NCBI GenBank assembly: GCA_002269645.1
Contig: NIVC01000180.1
Coordinates: 496,001-560,000 of the forward strand
Reading direction: 5' to 3'
DNA from: Macrostomum lignano
Lineage: Eukaryota
Length of the DNA stretch: 64,000 bases
The notes under the pieces are model-generated. The model was not told where the DNA came from and did no database searches. It saw only the letters and a program-made list of their open reading frames with translations. The translations under genes and the position numbers were made by a program. Of this stretch, positions 47,538 to 60,958 are shown one piece after another. The first letter of the stretch is position 1. Each line of letters begins with the position of its first letter.

Positions 47538-50500
47538 ATGACTAATAGCAGACGGAACTGCCCATGCTTTAATGCTGAGGGCAGATTTTCCATTGTGCAA
47601 GAAGGTGTGACGCCACCACCATGGGGACAGCTCTTTGTCTTATTTATCCTGATGGTAAAATAAAAAATATTTGTTCTCCTAATCCTGAACAATCTCAAAT
47701 TGACTTTATTAACTAGTCTGCAGTGACGCCCAGAGCTGCTGTCATGCTCTCACAAAGCCAGTTGTTTTCAATTTTCAGACAGGCTCGGCCGCTTGCATCT
47801 CATTTTATCAGCCCTTTCTAAAGGAGATGGTCGTGGTAAGAAGTCGAAAAGAATAAATTTCTGGAATAACACCGAATGAAACAGCAGGACAAGTTTGTTT
47901 GAATTGGCGCCACCCGAATTGCAGAGCTTTGGCTACCAGGAGGCGGACGCGGGCTTCTACGTGGGCTTTGTGGCCGCCTCGTTTCATCTGGGCCGCCTGA
48001 TTTCATCGTAAGTCGCCGCACCGTAACACGGGACTGCCCGGCCTCCTTGTCACCTTCACCTGAACTCTCTCTCTCTTCTGGCGGCACGCCTGGCGCAGAT
48101 TAATCTTGCGATGCCTATCTAAGTCCGCAGCTTGATACAGAAAACCCCCGGCCGCTGTATTCTCGTGGGCGCGCACAGTTTGCAGCAGTGAAATGCAACA
48201 TGAATCATCAGAATGCTGCGATTCTGATATTTTGTTTTTTTATTCGCGCCACTTTGGCCACCGGTCTGTCGTGGAGTGAGCGGCTCAGGGTCGCATTTAC
48301 ATTTAAACCATTTACTGGCTACTACAGTGACGCCAAGAACTTTTTACAACTTTTCAAGTCAATCGAAAAAAGAAATAAGCCTCTTGTCTGTGGCATTCAC
48401 CCATTCTTACAATTGCGATTTCAGCCAGTTCCGAATGCTGTTTGCTGTAGATCGATGGTACTTCTCAATGTACCTTACAGTTCACTTTGTGTACACCACC
48501 TATGATCCTAGTCCTTCAAATGGGTGCTACTGCTTCCTGAGCAACCAATCCTTCATTAAGCCTCATAAACTGTAAAAACCGGAATAAAATACGGTTCGAG
48601 TTGCGTTCCCTTGCAATCAAAGACTGTCCACGTGTCATTCTCATTCCGAGCATGCTGTCATGAATATGGCATTAATGCATCTAAGATATCTGCTGCAGTG
48701 TCAGAGGCCACAAAAGCAAATTCGCTTTCCTTGCTCAATACTCGAGGACTCGAGTCTGGAACCTCTGAAAGAGTAAAAAGCTTAGAACACAGCACAGTCA
48801 ACAGTCCGCATGACCCGCACGAATCCCCAACCCCAACCGCTCAGGTACGCTTGGGGCTACCTGTCTGACCGGTTCGGCCGCCGGCCCACCCTGCTCACCT
48901 CCCTGCTGCTTGTGTCGCTGTGCACGCTGGCCTTCGGCTTCTCCCGTTCTTTCGGATTCGCCTCGGCCGTCGGACTCGTCACGGGCCTCGTCAACGGCGT
49001 GGTGATCGTCGGCAAGGCGCAGATCTACGACATCAGCGACACCAGCAACCAGAGCTACGGCATCGCCAGCCTGTCGCTCAGCTGGGGCCTCGGCTCCCTC
49101 ATCGGCCCGATGCTGGGCGGCTTCCTGGCCAAGTACAGGGCCGTGCCCACCTTCCCCTACCTGGTACCATCCATCGCTCTGTCCGCCATCGCCGGGGCCA
49201 TCCTGCTGCTGTCCTGCTGGCTGCTGAAGGAGCCAAAGCGGGCGGGAATTTCCATCGATCTGGACGAAATTGAGAAGCCAGTGGCAACTGCGGCGGCGGC
49301 GCCTTTGATCTTGGTGGAGGCTCCGACTGAGGGGGAGGACCGGCTGTGGCGGCGCTGGGCCTCAGCAGGCGGGCCGCTGGGCGAGTCTGGCGGATCGCCA
49401 AGCGCCGGCAAGGAGAGCCGTCGCCAAGTTGAAAACGGAGATGCGTCCGCTGAGGTGAGCCGGCCTTCGCTGAATTCTCGGGATCGGCCCAGGCTTTGAC
49501 CCGAACTCCCGCTGCTGAATCGCCCCCCGAATCACCATGAAGCGCCAGAAATCGGCCCCAAATCCCCACGGAGCGCCAGAAATCGGCCCCAAATCCCCAC
49601 GGAGCGCCAGAAATCGGCCCCAAATCCCAACGGAGCGCCAGAAATCGGCCCCAAATCCCCACGGAGCGCCAGAAATCGGTCCCAAATTCCCATGGAGCGC
49701 CAGAAATCGGCCCCAAATCCCCACGGAGCGCCAGAAATCGGCCCCAAATCCCAACGGAGCGCCAGAAATCGGCCCCAAATCCCCACGGAGCGCCAGAAAT
49801 CGGTCCCAAATTCCCATGGAGCGCCAGAAATCGGCCCCAAATCCCAATGAAGCGCCAGAAATCGGCCCCAAATCCCCAAGGAGCGCCAGAAATCGGCCCC
49901 AAATCCACATGGAGCGCCAGAAATCGGCCCCAAATCCCATGGAGCGCCAGAAATCGGCCCCAAATCCCCAAGGAGCGCCAGAAATCGGCCCCAAATCCAC
50001 ATGGAGCGCCAGAAATCGGCCCCAAATCCACATGGAGCGCCAGAAATCGGCCCCAAATCCCATGGAGCGCCAGAAATCGGCCCCAAATCCACATGGAGCG
50101 CCAGAAATCGGCCCCAAATCCCATGGAGCGCCAGAAATCGGTCCCAAATCCACATGGAGCGCCAGAAATCGGCCCCAAATCCACATGGAGCGCCAGAAAT
50201 CGGTCCCAAATCCCCACGGAGCGCCAGAAATCGGTCCCAAATCCCCATGGAGCGCCAGAAATCGGCCATGAGTGCCGATCTCCACCAAACTTGCTCCGCA
50301 GGCGTTCCGCTCTCTGCCCAGCGTGCAGCCCAGGCCTGCCCGAGCCGCGGCCCACGGCGGTTCCGTCAGCCGCTCTGTCGCGCTACTCGCGGCCGTATCG
50401 GCCGAGAACTGCCTCGTCCTGACAGCCGCCGAAGCTCCCGACGCCGCGGCCGCCGAGGAGGCCGCAAAACCGGCTGACGAAAAAGCCACTGGCAGGGTCG

Positions 50501-52518
50501 GACAGCCGTTTCTGGAGCGAATGCGGGCCAGCAACCTGGGGCGGATTTTGCTCAACTGCGAGTGCATCAAAGTCATGAGTGAGCATCTGCCACCACTGCT
50601 GAGTACTGCTCAGGTTTTACCTGCTTGTCAGCTCCCTCCGATTATGAAATAAGCTTGTCAGCTTCCTCCGATTCCGAAATAACCTTGTCAGCTCCCTTCC
50701 GATTCTGAAGTAACCTTGTCAGCTCCCTCCGATTCTGAAATAACCTTGTCAGCTCCTCCGATTCTGAAATAACCTTGTCAGCTTCCTTCCGATTCTGAAA
50801 TAACCTTGTCAGCTCCTCCGATTCTGAAATAACCTTGTCAGCTTCCTTCCGATTCTGAAATAACCTTGTCAGCTCCCTCCGATTCTGAAATAACCTTGTC
50901 AGCTCCCTCCGATTCTGAAATAACCTTGTCAGCTCCCTTCCGATTCTGAAGTAACCTTGTCAGCTCCCTCCGATTCTGAAATAACCTTGTCAGCTCCCTC
51001 CGATTCTGAAATAACCTTGTCAGCTCCCTCCGATTCTGAAATAAGCTTGTCAGCTCCCTTCCGATTCTGAAATAACCTTGTCAGCTCCCTCCGATTCTGA
51101 AATAACCTTGCCAGCTTCCTCCGATTCTGAAATAACCTTGTCAGTCCTCTGTCACTGAAGCAGCCTGTCAGCCCCCCCCCCCCCGAACCAGCTGATCACG
51201 GCCACTGACACACCTGCCCCTCTCGCCCCCGCAGCGCAATACTTCCTGCAGTCAATGTGCTCAGTTTACCTGAACACCCTGGTGATCGTGTGGATTCCCA
51301 CCAGCTCATATTACGGCGGCCTCGGATTCAGTGCTCAAAGCCTGGCCACCCTGCTCAGCATTTCGGCCGTCTCACTGTTCGTGTTCCAGCCAATTGTGTT
51401 CCCCCTGCTGGAGCGGCGACTCGGCGCTACTAGGGTGAGTGAAGAATCCATGCGCAGGGTGCACTACTGATAAGGCTGCATAGTAGCATTTTCGGCGTTA
51501 TGCATGAAAATTAAATAATTCCATGCCAACCTATTCACAGCTGTTCATGCACACTCTGATGCTGACTCTGGTCTGCTCCGCCACCCTGCCATTGGCGCAC
51601 TATGCTCTGCACACGTAAGTTTAGCATGCCTTATTTCAATTTGGAAATAGGCCAGTTGTCTACTCCCCAGGCCAGAAGTCTACTCCAGGTCACCAGTCTA
51701 CTCCCTCAGTTCAATAGTCTACTCCCCAGGTCATCAGTCTACTCCCCAGCTCACCAGTCTACTCCCTCAGTTCAATAGTCTACTCCCCAGGTCACCAGTC
51801 TACTCCCCAGGTCACCAGTCTACTCCCCAGGTCACCAGTCTACTCCCCAGGTCACCAGTCTACTCCCCAGGTCACCAGTCTACTCCCCAGGTCACCAGTC
51901 TACTCCCCAGGTCACCAGTCTACTCCCCAGGTCACCAGTCTACTCCCCAGGTCACCAGTCTACTCCCCAGGTCACCAGTCAACTCCCCAGGTCACCAGTC
52001 TACTCCCTCAGTTCAATAGTCTACTCCCCAGGTCACCAGTCTACTCCCCAGGTCCAGTCTACTCCCCAGGTCACCAGTCTACTCCCCAGGTCACCAGTCT
52101 ACTCCCCAGGTCCAGTCTACTCCCCAGGTCACCAGTGTACTCCCCAGGTCACCAATGTACACCCGAACTCCCCGCCGCCAGGCCGGCCCTGGTGTGGACT
52201 CTGTGCATCGCGCTGCTGTGCCTGCTGAACCAGGCCATCCTGACCTCTTTTTCCTGCACCGCCCTGATGGTGAACAACTCGGTCCCGGTCGAGCTTGTCG
52301 GCTCCATGAACGGCATGTCGATGGCCTGGAGCTCCCTGGGCCGCCTGCTGGGCCCGCTGCTGTCGGGAAGCCTGTTCGCCGCCAGCATCGACTCCGGCCT
52401 GGACTACCCGCTGGACTTCAACCTGAGCTTCCAGCTGGCCGGCCTGCTGGTCATCCTGTGCGCCCTGCTGGGCTGCCGGCAGTCCGTCAGGCTCAACAGC
52501 AAGTTCAGCGAGCGCTGA
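47538..52518 (+). CDS. Major facilitator superfamily transporter, ZIFL/tetracycline-resistance-like (DHA1) type
   Basis: Phase-compatible exons: 47538-47654, 47779-47835, 47925-48007, 48845-49454, 50302-50578, 51235-51434, 51541-51614, 52182-52518. Motif A WGYLSDRFGRRP; AGFYVGFVAASFHLGR; WGLGSLIGPMLGGFL; YYGGLGFS; GSMNGMSMAWSSLGRLLGP. Confidence 0.9.
49535..50268. repeat. 29-31-bp minisatellite GAGCGCCAGAAATCGGCCCCAAATCCCCACG
   Basis: MFS intron; source of several spurious ORFs. Confidence 0.96.
50625..51145. repeat. ~30-bp minisatellite TTCTGAAATAACCTTGTCAGCTCCCTCCGA
   Basis: MFS intron. Confidence 0.95.
51655..52160. repeat. 20-bp minisatellite CTACTCCCCAGGTCACCAGT
   Basis: Last MFS intron, abutting the acceptor. 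Confidence 0.95.
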
Positions 52519-52649
52519 ATTCGGGGCGCTGGGATGATTCGAATCCGCGAACTTGCGTCACACTATTGTCCTTTTTGTTCTTATCTCAGAATGTCCGATC
52601 CTCTATGGTAGCCAGATGGCTCTTATTCATGGGGATCTATAGATCATTT

Positions 52650-53448
52650 AGAGGGATTGTTGATACTTCAGGGGGATTGTTGATCCTTCAGGGGGATTGT
52701 TGATCCTTCAGGGGGATCGTTGATCCTTCAGGGGGATTGTTGATCCTTCAGGGGGATTGTTGATCCTTCAGGGGGATCGTTGATCCTTCAGGGGGATTGT
52801 TGATCCTTCAGGGGGATTGTTGATCCTTCAGGGGGATTGTTGATCCTTCAGAGGGATTGTTGATCCTTCAGGGGGATTGTTGATCCTTCAGGGGGATTGT
52901 TGATCCTTCAGGGGGATCGTTGATCCTTCAGGGGGATCGTTGATCCTTCAGGGGGATCGTTGATCCTTCAGGGGGATCGTTGATCCTTCAGAGGGATTGT
53001 TGATCCTTCAGGGGGATCGTTGATCCTTCAGGGGGATCGTTGATCCTTCAGGGGGATCGTTGATCCTTCAGAGGGATTGTTGATCCTTCAGGGGGATTGT
53101 TGATCCTTTAGGGGGATTGTTGAACATTTAGAGGGATTGTTGATCCTTCAGGGGGATTGTTGATCCTTCAGGGGGATTGTTGATCCTTTAGGGAGATTGT
53201 TGATTCTTCAGGGGGATTGTTGATTCTTCAGGGGGATTGTTGATCCTTCAGGGGGATTGTTGATCCTTTAGGGAGATTGTTGATCCTTCAGGGGGATTGT
53301 TGATCCTTCAGGGAGATTGTTGATCCTTCAGGGGGATTGTTAATCCTTCAGGGGGATTGTTGATCCTTCAGGGGGATTGTTAATCCTTCAGGGGGATTGT
53401 TGATCCTTCAGGGGGATTGTTGATCCTTCAGGGGGATTGTTGATCCTT
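52650..53448. repeat. 20-bp minisatellite GGGGGATTGTTGATCCTTCA
   Basis: About 40 units downstream of the MFS stop. Confidence 0.96.
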
Positions 53449-53704
53449 CCATGCAGAACAATGAGGCTTCAGGTGAGTCTTAATCCTTCAAAGTAATAGA
53501 GTCTCCGTGAAGCCCTGAAGTGATTAAGATAGTTAATTTTTTTTACTTTTATTTTCAGAGTCTTTTGCTTTGTTGCTAGAGAAAATCTGCTTTTTTTCTG
53601 CGATTCAACCGCCCTACTACCTATTTTTCACTGTCCCAATTGTATCTGCAGTAAAGAATTTTTTGTCTTGTTTTTTATCTGATCTTGTAGCTATGATTTG
53701 CGTA

Positions 53705-54015
53705 CGCATCCACTGGAATCTCGGCTTGTTTTATTATTGCAGTTTGTACACAGCCAATAGAATCTCGGCTTGTTTTATTGCAGTTTGTACACAGCCAATA
53801 GAATCTCGGCTTGTTTTATTGCAGTTTGTACACAGCCAATGGAATCTCGGCTTGTTTTTTTGCAGTTTGTACACAGCCAATGGAATCTCGGCTTGTTTTA
53901 TTGCAGTTTGTACACAGCCAATGGAATCTCGGCTTGTTTTATTGCAGTTTGTACACAGCCAATGGAATTTTGGCTTGTTTTATTGCAGTTTGTACACAGC
54001 CAATAGAATCTCGGC
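53705..54015. repeat. 41-bp minisatellite GGAATCTCGGCTTGTTTTATTGCAGTTTGTACACAGCCAAT
   Basis: About 7 units. Confidence 0.93.
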
Positions 54016-54789
54016 AATTCTTTTGACTTCTAAGCACCAATGTCTTCTGATGGCTCCAATTTTTATTCAGATTTTTTCACACTCGAAGTTTTTGTTTTGA
54101 AAAGTCCAGGCACCTGTCTGTCGTCTTTCGAGTCGTGTTTTGCAGGAAAAAAATCCGCAGTATCCAGCACGTGTGTTATAATTCAAGTGTATGTTCTCGT
54201 GCGAAACTGTGGTGGTTAAAGATTTGCTAAATAATAGGGCTTTTATGTTGTTAACTGTTAACTAAACACTGTAGAGACTACTAACTAGTAGGGACCTCAC
54301 GCTATAGCTTTTAACACCCTCATCCGCCAGATACCGCATCCTTGATCTTGACTCGTCCAGTCTTATATATTGCTTTTAGTAAATCTAACAGCATTTTTCT
54401 TGAGAACAGTTTAGAGAACAGCAGGCCGGGCCTGCTCAATCGCTTCATGCTTTGCATTGATGCATCGTTCAAGTAGCTGAGACATTTTCGTTTCATTTAC
54501 AAGAAATTACAATAAACTGTGCACTGCGTCTCATTTAAAAACTCTCTCGTTTCACTTTAGCAAATCAATTTTACACATGACTTTGTTTAAATTGATGACT
54601 TATTAAGGCTTATGGTGATCTAAGAGCCAATCTGAAGAGAACTTTAGGGCTTATTGATACAAATGACTCGACAAAAAGACACTTTGCAGTACTGTGGACC
54701 CATCAAGAAGTTTTAAATGAAAATTCAAAGACAAGGTATAGTATATCGGGCCTGGGTCTCTGGGTCTCTCCACCTGATAGCTCAAACAC

Positions 54790-55112
54790 AGACAGTGTGG
54801 ACTCAGCTGAGGACTCAAAGACAGTGTGGACTCAGCTGAGGACTCAAAGACAGTGTGGACTCAGCTGAGGACTCAAAGACAGTGTGGACTCAGCTGAGGA
54901 CTCAAAGACAGTGTGGACTCAGCTGAGGACTCAAAGACAGTGTGGACTCAGCTGAGGACTCAAAGACAGTGTGGACTCAGCTGAGGACTCAAAGACAGTG
55001 TGGACTCAGCTGAGGACTCAAAGACAGTGTGGACTCAGCTGAGGACTCAAAGACAGTGTGGACTCAGCTGAGGACTCAAAGACAGTGTGGACTCAGCTGA
55101 AGACTCAAAGAC
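54790..55112. repeat. 29-bp minisatellite GACAGTGTGGACTCAGCTGAGGACTCAAA
   Basis: About 11 near-identical units. Confidence 0.95.
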
Positions 55113-55594
55113 AGGTGTCTGTGCAAAGCGAGTGTTCAGCTGCATGCAAACCATTTATTAAAGCTGGGCGCCCAACAGCTGGCAATTGCAGGCTAAAAGC
55201 AGAGAGATGGCGGCCGCAGGCGCTGCACACAGGCAGCAGCCGGACCGGATGAGGCCAGTTTGCAGTTTGGTGCTTTGAAAAGGCGGCCTTCACGCATGAT
55301 TATTTATGCGCCTGCTGGGGCCGGGTACGAATCACACTCGAATTCGGAGGTGAAAGCGGGGGTTGGATTAAGTTGCTTTGCTGCTGACGCTTTGGCCTCT
55401 GCTTAGGCGGCCAAAGTATAAAAATTTACTGGCCATCAGCCCACAGGGATGAGCTGCCGCCCATAGCCACTTCGGATCCAGTGGCGAAAGCTTTCAAATT
55501 AGCTAAGCACTCGTCAGAACTGTTTTTCTAATCCATCACTTGGTCAGTAACTCCTGTTCAACCTTCTGCTGCAGTTTAGCCCTGTGATTGTGAA

Positions 55595-56310
<716 letters not shown>

Positions 56311-56345
56311 ATACCCACCCCGGCAGCCCCGCCCAGCCCACCGCA

Positions 56346-57934
56346 ATGCTGAGCGGCTACCCGCGCTCCAAGGTGAAGTGCGTCATCGTCGGGGACGGCG
56401 GCGCCGGCAAGACCTGCCTGCTGTCCACCTACACCACCGGCGTCTTCCCGGCCAGCTACGTGCCCACCGTGTTCGACAACTTCGACTGCACTGTGATCGT
56501 GGACGGCCGGCCGGTGCAGCTGAGCCTCTGGGACAGCGCCGGCCAGGAGGACTACGATCGCCTGCGGCCGCTGAGCTACCCGGAGACCGACGTGTTCCTC
56601 ATCAGCTTCAGCGTCGGGCACCGGCCTACCTTTGCCAACGTTCTCGCCAAGTGGGCGCCGGAAGTGTCCGCGCACATACCCGAAGCTCGCCGGGTGCTGG
56701 TCGGCACCAAGGGCGACCTGCGGTTCGACCGGCTGTTCCTGGAGCACGCCAGGACTCACGGCTGCGACCTGGTCACCAAGCAGGAGGCGGAGGCGCTCGC
56801 GCACCGCATCGGGGCGGATTTCTACATCGAGTGCTCCGCGCTCAACAAGTTCATGGTGGAGGAGGTGCGGGACTCTGCGGTGCTTAGAGCGTGATGGGTG
56901 CTCACTCTGTCAGTAACCCTGATGGGTGCTCACTCTGTCAGTATCCTAATGGGTGCTCACTCTGTCAGCAGCCTTATGGGTGCTCACTCTGTCAGTAACC
57001 TGATGGGTGCTCACTCTGTCAGCAGCCTGATGGGTGCTCACTCTGTCAGTAGCCTGATAGGTGCTCACTCTGTCAGCAGCCTGATGGGTGCTCACTCTGT
57101 CAGTAGCCTGATGGGTGCTCACTCTGTCAGTAGCCTGATGAGTGCTCACTCTGTCAGTAACCTGATGGGTGCTCACTCTTTCAGTAACCCTGATGGGTGC
57201 TCACTCTGTCAGTAAGCCTGATGGGTGCTCACTCTGTCAGTACCCTGATGGGTGCTCACTCTGTCAGTACCCTGATGGGTGCTCACTCTGTCAGTATCCT
57301 AATGGGTACTCACTCTGTCAGCAGCCTTATGGGTGCTCACTCTGTCAGTAACCTGATGGGTGCTCACTCTGTCAGCAGCCTGATGGGTGCTCACTCTGTC
57401 AGTATCCTGATGGGTGCTCACTCTGTCAGTAGCCTGATAGGTGCTCACTCTGTCAGTAGCCTGATGGGTGCTCACTCTGTCAGTACCCTGATGGGTGCTC
57501 ACTCTGTCAGTAGCCTGATGAGTGCTCACTCTGTCAGTAACCCTGATGGGTGCTCACTCTTTCAGTAACCCTGATGGGTGCTCACTCTGTCAGTAAGCCT
57601 GATGGGTGCTCACTCTTTCAGTAACCCTGATGGGTGCTCACTCTGTCAGTAGCCTGGTGGGTGCTCACTCCGTCAGTAGCCTGATGGGTGCTCACTCTGT
57701 CAGTAGCCTGATGGGTGCTCACTCTGTCAGTAGCCTGATGGGTGCTCATTCTGTCAGTAGCCTGATGGGTGCTCACACAATTCATGTCGCTGATGAGCCT
57801 CCGAACCTGCGCCCCACCCCGCCTGAAACCCGCAGGTGTTTACGGAGGCCATCCGGGCGGCCCTCGGCTCCCACAGTCTGCAGAGGCACTACGGGAAAAA
57901 GTCCAAGCGAAAACGGATCTGCTCGATGCAGTAG
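56346..57934 (+). CDS. Rho-family small GTPase (Rac/Cdc42-like effector loop), two exons, about 205 aa
   Basis: Exons 56346-56864 and 57836-57934. G1 GDGGAGKT, YVPTVFDN, G3 WDSAGQEDY, G4 GTKGD, G5 ECSAL. Basic tail KKSKRKR followed by CaaX CSMQ-stop. Confidence 0.93.
56892..57775. repeat. 27-28-bp minisatellite CTGATGGGTGCTCACTCTGTCAGTAGC
   Basis: Fills the Rho intron. Confidence 0.96.
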
Positions 57935-58481
57935 AACCCCCGCCTTGACAACAGGACCTTTGCTTTAATTCCGCTTTATTCATATTCAGGTGCTACAAGT
58001 CTGTTTCCCTTCTGGATAAAAAATGCGGAAATTATTGGACTTGATCATCATATTGACTGAACTTTTTATTCGGAAAATCGACTTTTATATCGCAGTTTAA
58101 TTTGAAACTATAAATTTCTGCAAATGATGTCACTGCTAGTAGCATGGTGCGCCGTGCCAATCTAAATTTATTCATTTGTAATTTGGATAAACTGCGTAAT
58201 CAAATATGCCATGTGTATGTTTTTGTTGGCTGACTGCTAAAAATAGAAAATGTTGGTAACAATGCCGAACACAATGTACCTTCAAAATACTTGGCCCTGT
58301 GAAAACTTGCGCATTGCGCGACCGTGCCGAAAGAAATTAATTAGGATTTTGCTTAAGTAAAAATAATGCGTATTCCATGCGCTAAAAGCATTAAAGCTCT
58401 TTAGCTCGTAAAACGCGGACGAACACATTTTTAAAAGCGTTCTAAAAATTAAACAGAGGATTACCTTGCATTTCATGGAAT

Positions 58482-58884
58482 TCTTGAGATGCCAGTGCTC
58501 ACGGGGAAGGAAATTTCTGAGATGTCAGTGCTCATGGGGGGGGAACTGCTGAGATGTCAAGGCTCACGGGGGGAGGGAACTGCTGAGATGTCAAGGCTCA
58601 CGGGGGGAGGGAACTGCTGAGATGTCAAGGCTCACGGGGGGAGGGAACTGCTGAGATGATAATGCTCACGGGGGGATTTCTGAGATAACAATGCTCCTCT
58701 TTAGAAAGCTGATAATCCATGTACTGACCATACAAGTCTTTCCACATGTAGACTTTTTTAATTTGAGAGAGACAAGAGAGAGAGAGAGAGAAGGAGAGAG
58801 AGAGAGAGAAGGAGAGAGAGAGAGTGAGACAGAGACAGAGAGAGAGAGAAAGAGAGAGGGAGAGAAAGAGAGAGGGGGAGAGAG

Positions 58885-58928
<44 letters not shown>
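58482..58928. repeat. ~33-bp short array (58482-58690) and (GA)n tract (58765-58928)
   Basis: CTGAGATGTCAAGGCTCACGGGGGGAGGGAACTG units; GA dinucleotide run. Confidence 0.88.
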
Positions 58929-58929
<1 letters not shown>

Positions 58930-59884
58930 AAATAGAGGCGATTTGAACAATGGTGGCAAAAAAACTGTTAATTGTTACACCGAAAGGTGCAACAGGTTGA
59001 GTCTGAGCATTCTTTTAATTATCAGTTGAGCTCAGAACAGCTCAACTGTAAACTGGCTCAGGCTGTTCCAGTTCACTGTAAATTGGCTCAGGCTGCCTGT
59101 ACGAGTAACTTGGACAATGTTTTATTTTACAAGGTTCCTACAGTGGGAATCTCGGGTCGCAGCCCCTTTCTTTGCGCAACCAGCTCGTGTGCCCATGCAA
59201 AGCACACGCAGGCAGGCTGAGATGCACCCTCATTTTCTTCTGAGTCATCCCGGCCGCCATGGTAAACAGAAAGGCGAATGGTTGCAAAGAAAAAGAGAAA
59301 ACAAGTGCCGCTGGTCATTACTCTGGCTAGGGTTCTTCGAAGCTCGAGTCGCCTGCTCGGTGGGTAAACAATGCTCAAACACACTGCTCAAACACACTGC
59401 TCAAACTCACTGCTCAAACACTTACACGGCTCACCATTGAGTCTTTTGCTATCAAAACAAAAGTTCATGACGTAGAGAGGGGAACAAGACAGAGGAGGCC
59501 ATTCGGTCTGATCTGCTCAGCTCTCGCCCATTGGCTGGTCCTGGGGGGGGGGCAGTACTGACGGGGCCCACAGTTACCTCGTCAGGCCGCGCACGTGACC
59601 AGATGAGGGAAAGAAAGCGGCTGGGAAACTGGAGAGCTTCGGTCTCAGCCCCGCTGTTGCAAGGGACTGCAGCTCACGCACTGAGCCGTGCGGCTTTGAG
59701 GCGGCCAGGTAGGGCTGCGCACCCAGGCAGGCAGGGCGTGGTTGGTCAGTCGATGAGGGGGTTGGCAGTGTAAAAACCGGCAGCCCCCGCGGCATGTCCA
59801 CCTCATGCTCAACTGCTCCGCACAGGAGGGAGTCAGCCGGACAGCTGCCCAAAGTGACGGAATAACAACTTAACTGGTGAGCAT

Positions 59885-60552
59885 CTATATGCATCTATCC
59901 ATCAATCCATCTATCCATCTACCCATCTATCCATCAATCCATCAATCCATCTATCCATCTATCCATCTATCCATCCATCTATCCATCCATCCATCCATCC
60001 ATTTATCCATCAATCCATCCATCCATCCATCCATTTATCCATCCATCCATCCATCCATCCATCCATCCATTTATCCATCAATCCATCCATCCATCCATCC
60101 ATTTATCCATCCATCCATCCATCCATCCATCCATCCATTTATCCATCAATCCATCTATCCATCCATCCATCCATCCATTTATCCATCCATCTATCCATCT
60201 ATCTAGCCTTCTATCTATCCATCCATCCATCTATCCATCAATCCATCAATCCATCTATCCATCTATCCATCTATCCATCAATCTATCAATCCATCAATCC
60301 ATCTATCCATCCATCCATCCATCCATCCATTTATCCATCAATCCATCTATCCATCTATCCATCTATCTAGCCTTCTATCTATCCATCCATCCATCTATCC
60401 ATCAATCCATCTATCCATCTATCCATTTATCCATCTATCCATCTATCTATCAATCCATCTATCTATCCATCTATCTATCTATCTATCTATCCATCAATCC
60501 ATCAATCCATCAATCCATCTATCAATCTATCCATCTATCCATCTATCTATCA
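59885..60552. repeat. (ATCC/ATCT)n microsatellite
   Basis: Direct reading. Confidence 0.95.
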
Positions 60553-60958
60553 AGGAGACTCAACTGCGGTCCCAGAACCGGATTCCGTGTGAAGCTGAGA
60601 GGAGGTCCGGACAATAGCTGCATGGGAGAGAGACTTTCGACTAACGTAGGCTGCACCCGCCTCTCAACCCCAGCCGTTCCTCAAACCCTGAGCTCAATTC
60701 ATTGTTGGCGCATTTCATCCTCTACCCGTCTCCCCGCGCTCTCGCAAGCCTTGCCAGTCGTTGGCTTCATAAAATTGGCATTCAAGCGGCCCAGACTGGC
60801 TCTAACTGGCTTTGTTGGGGGGAGGGGGGGCTGCCCGCCAACTTCTAGGCAGCGGCTATTAAAAACTTTTCTCATTCAGCGGTAGGCCAGCAGCTTGTGC
60901 GCGGCCCCGGGGAGCATGAGGCAGTTAAAGGCTCTGGAAGCAAGCCTAGGCATATTTT

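Noticed and set aside
49099-50576. 400-aa minus-strand ORFs (GFGADFW repeats)
   Set aside because: Antisense translations of the MFS intronic array.
59885-60950. Second Helitron with an (ATCC)n head
   Set aside because: No hairpin plus CTRR|T 3' end found.
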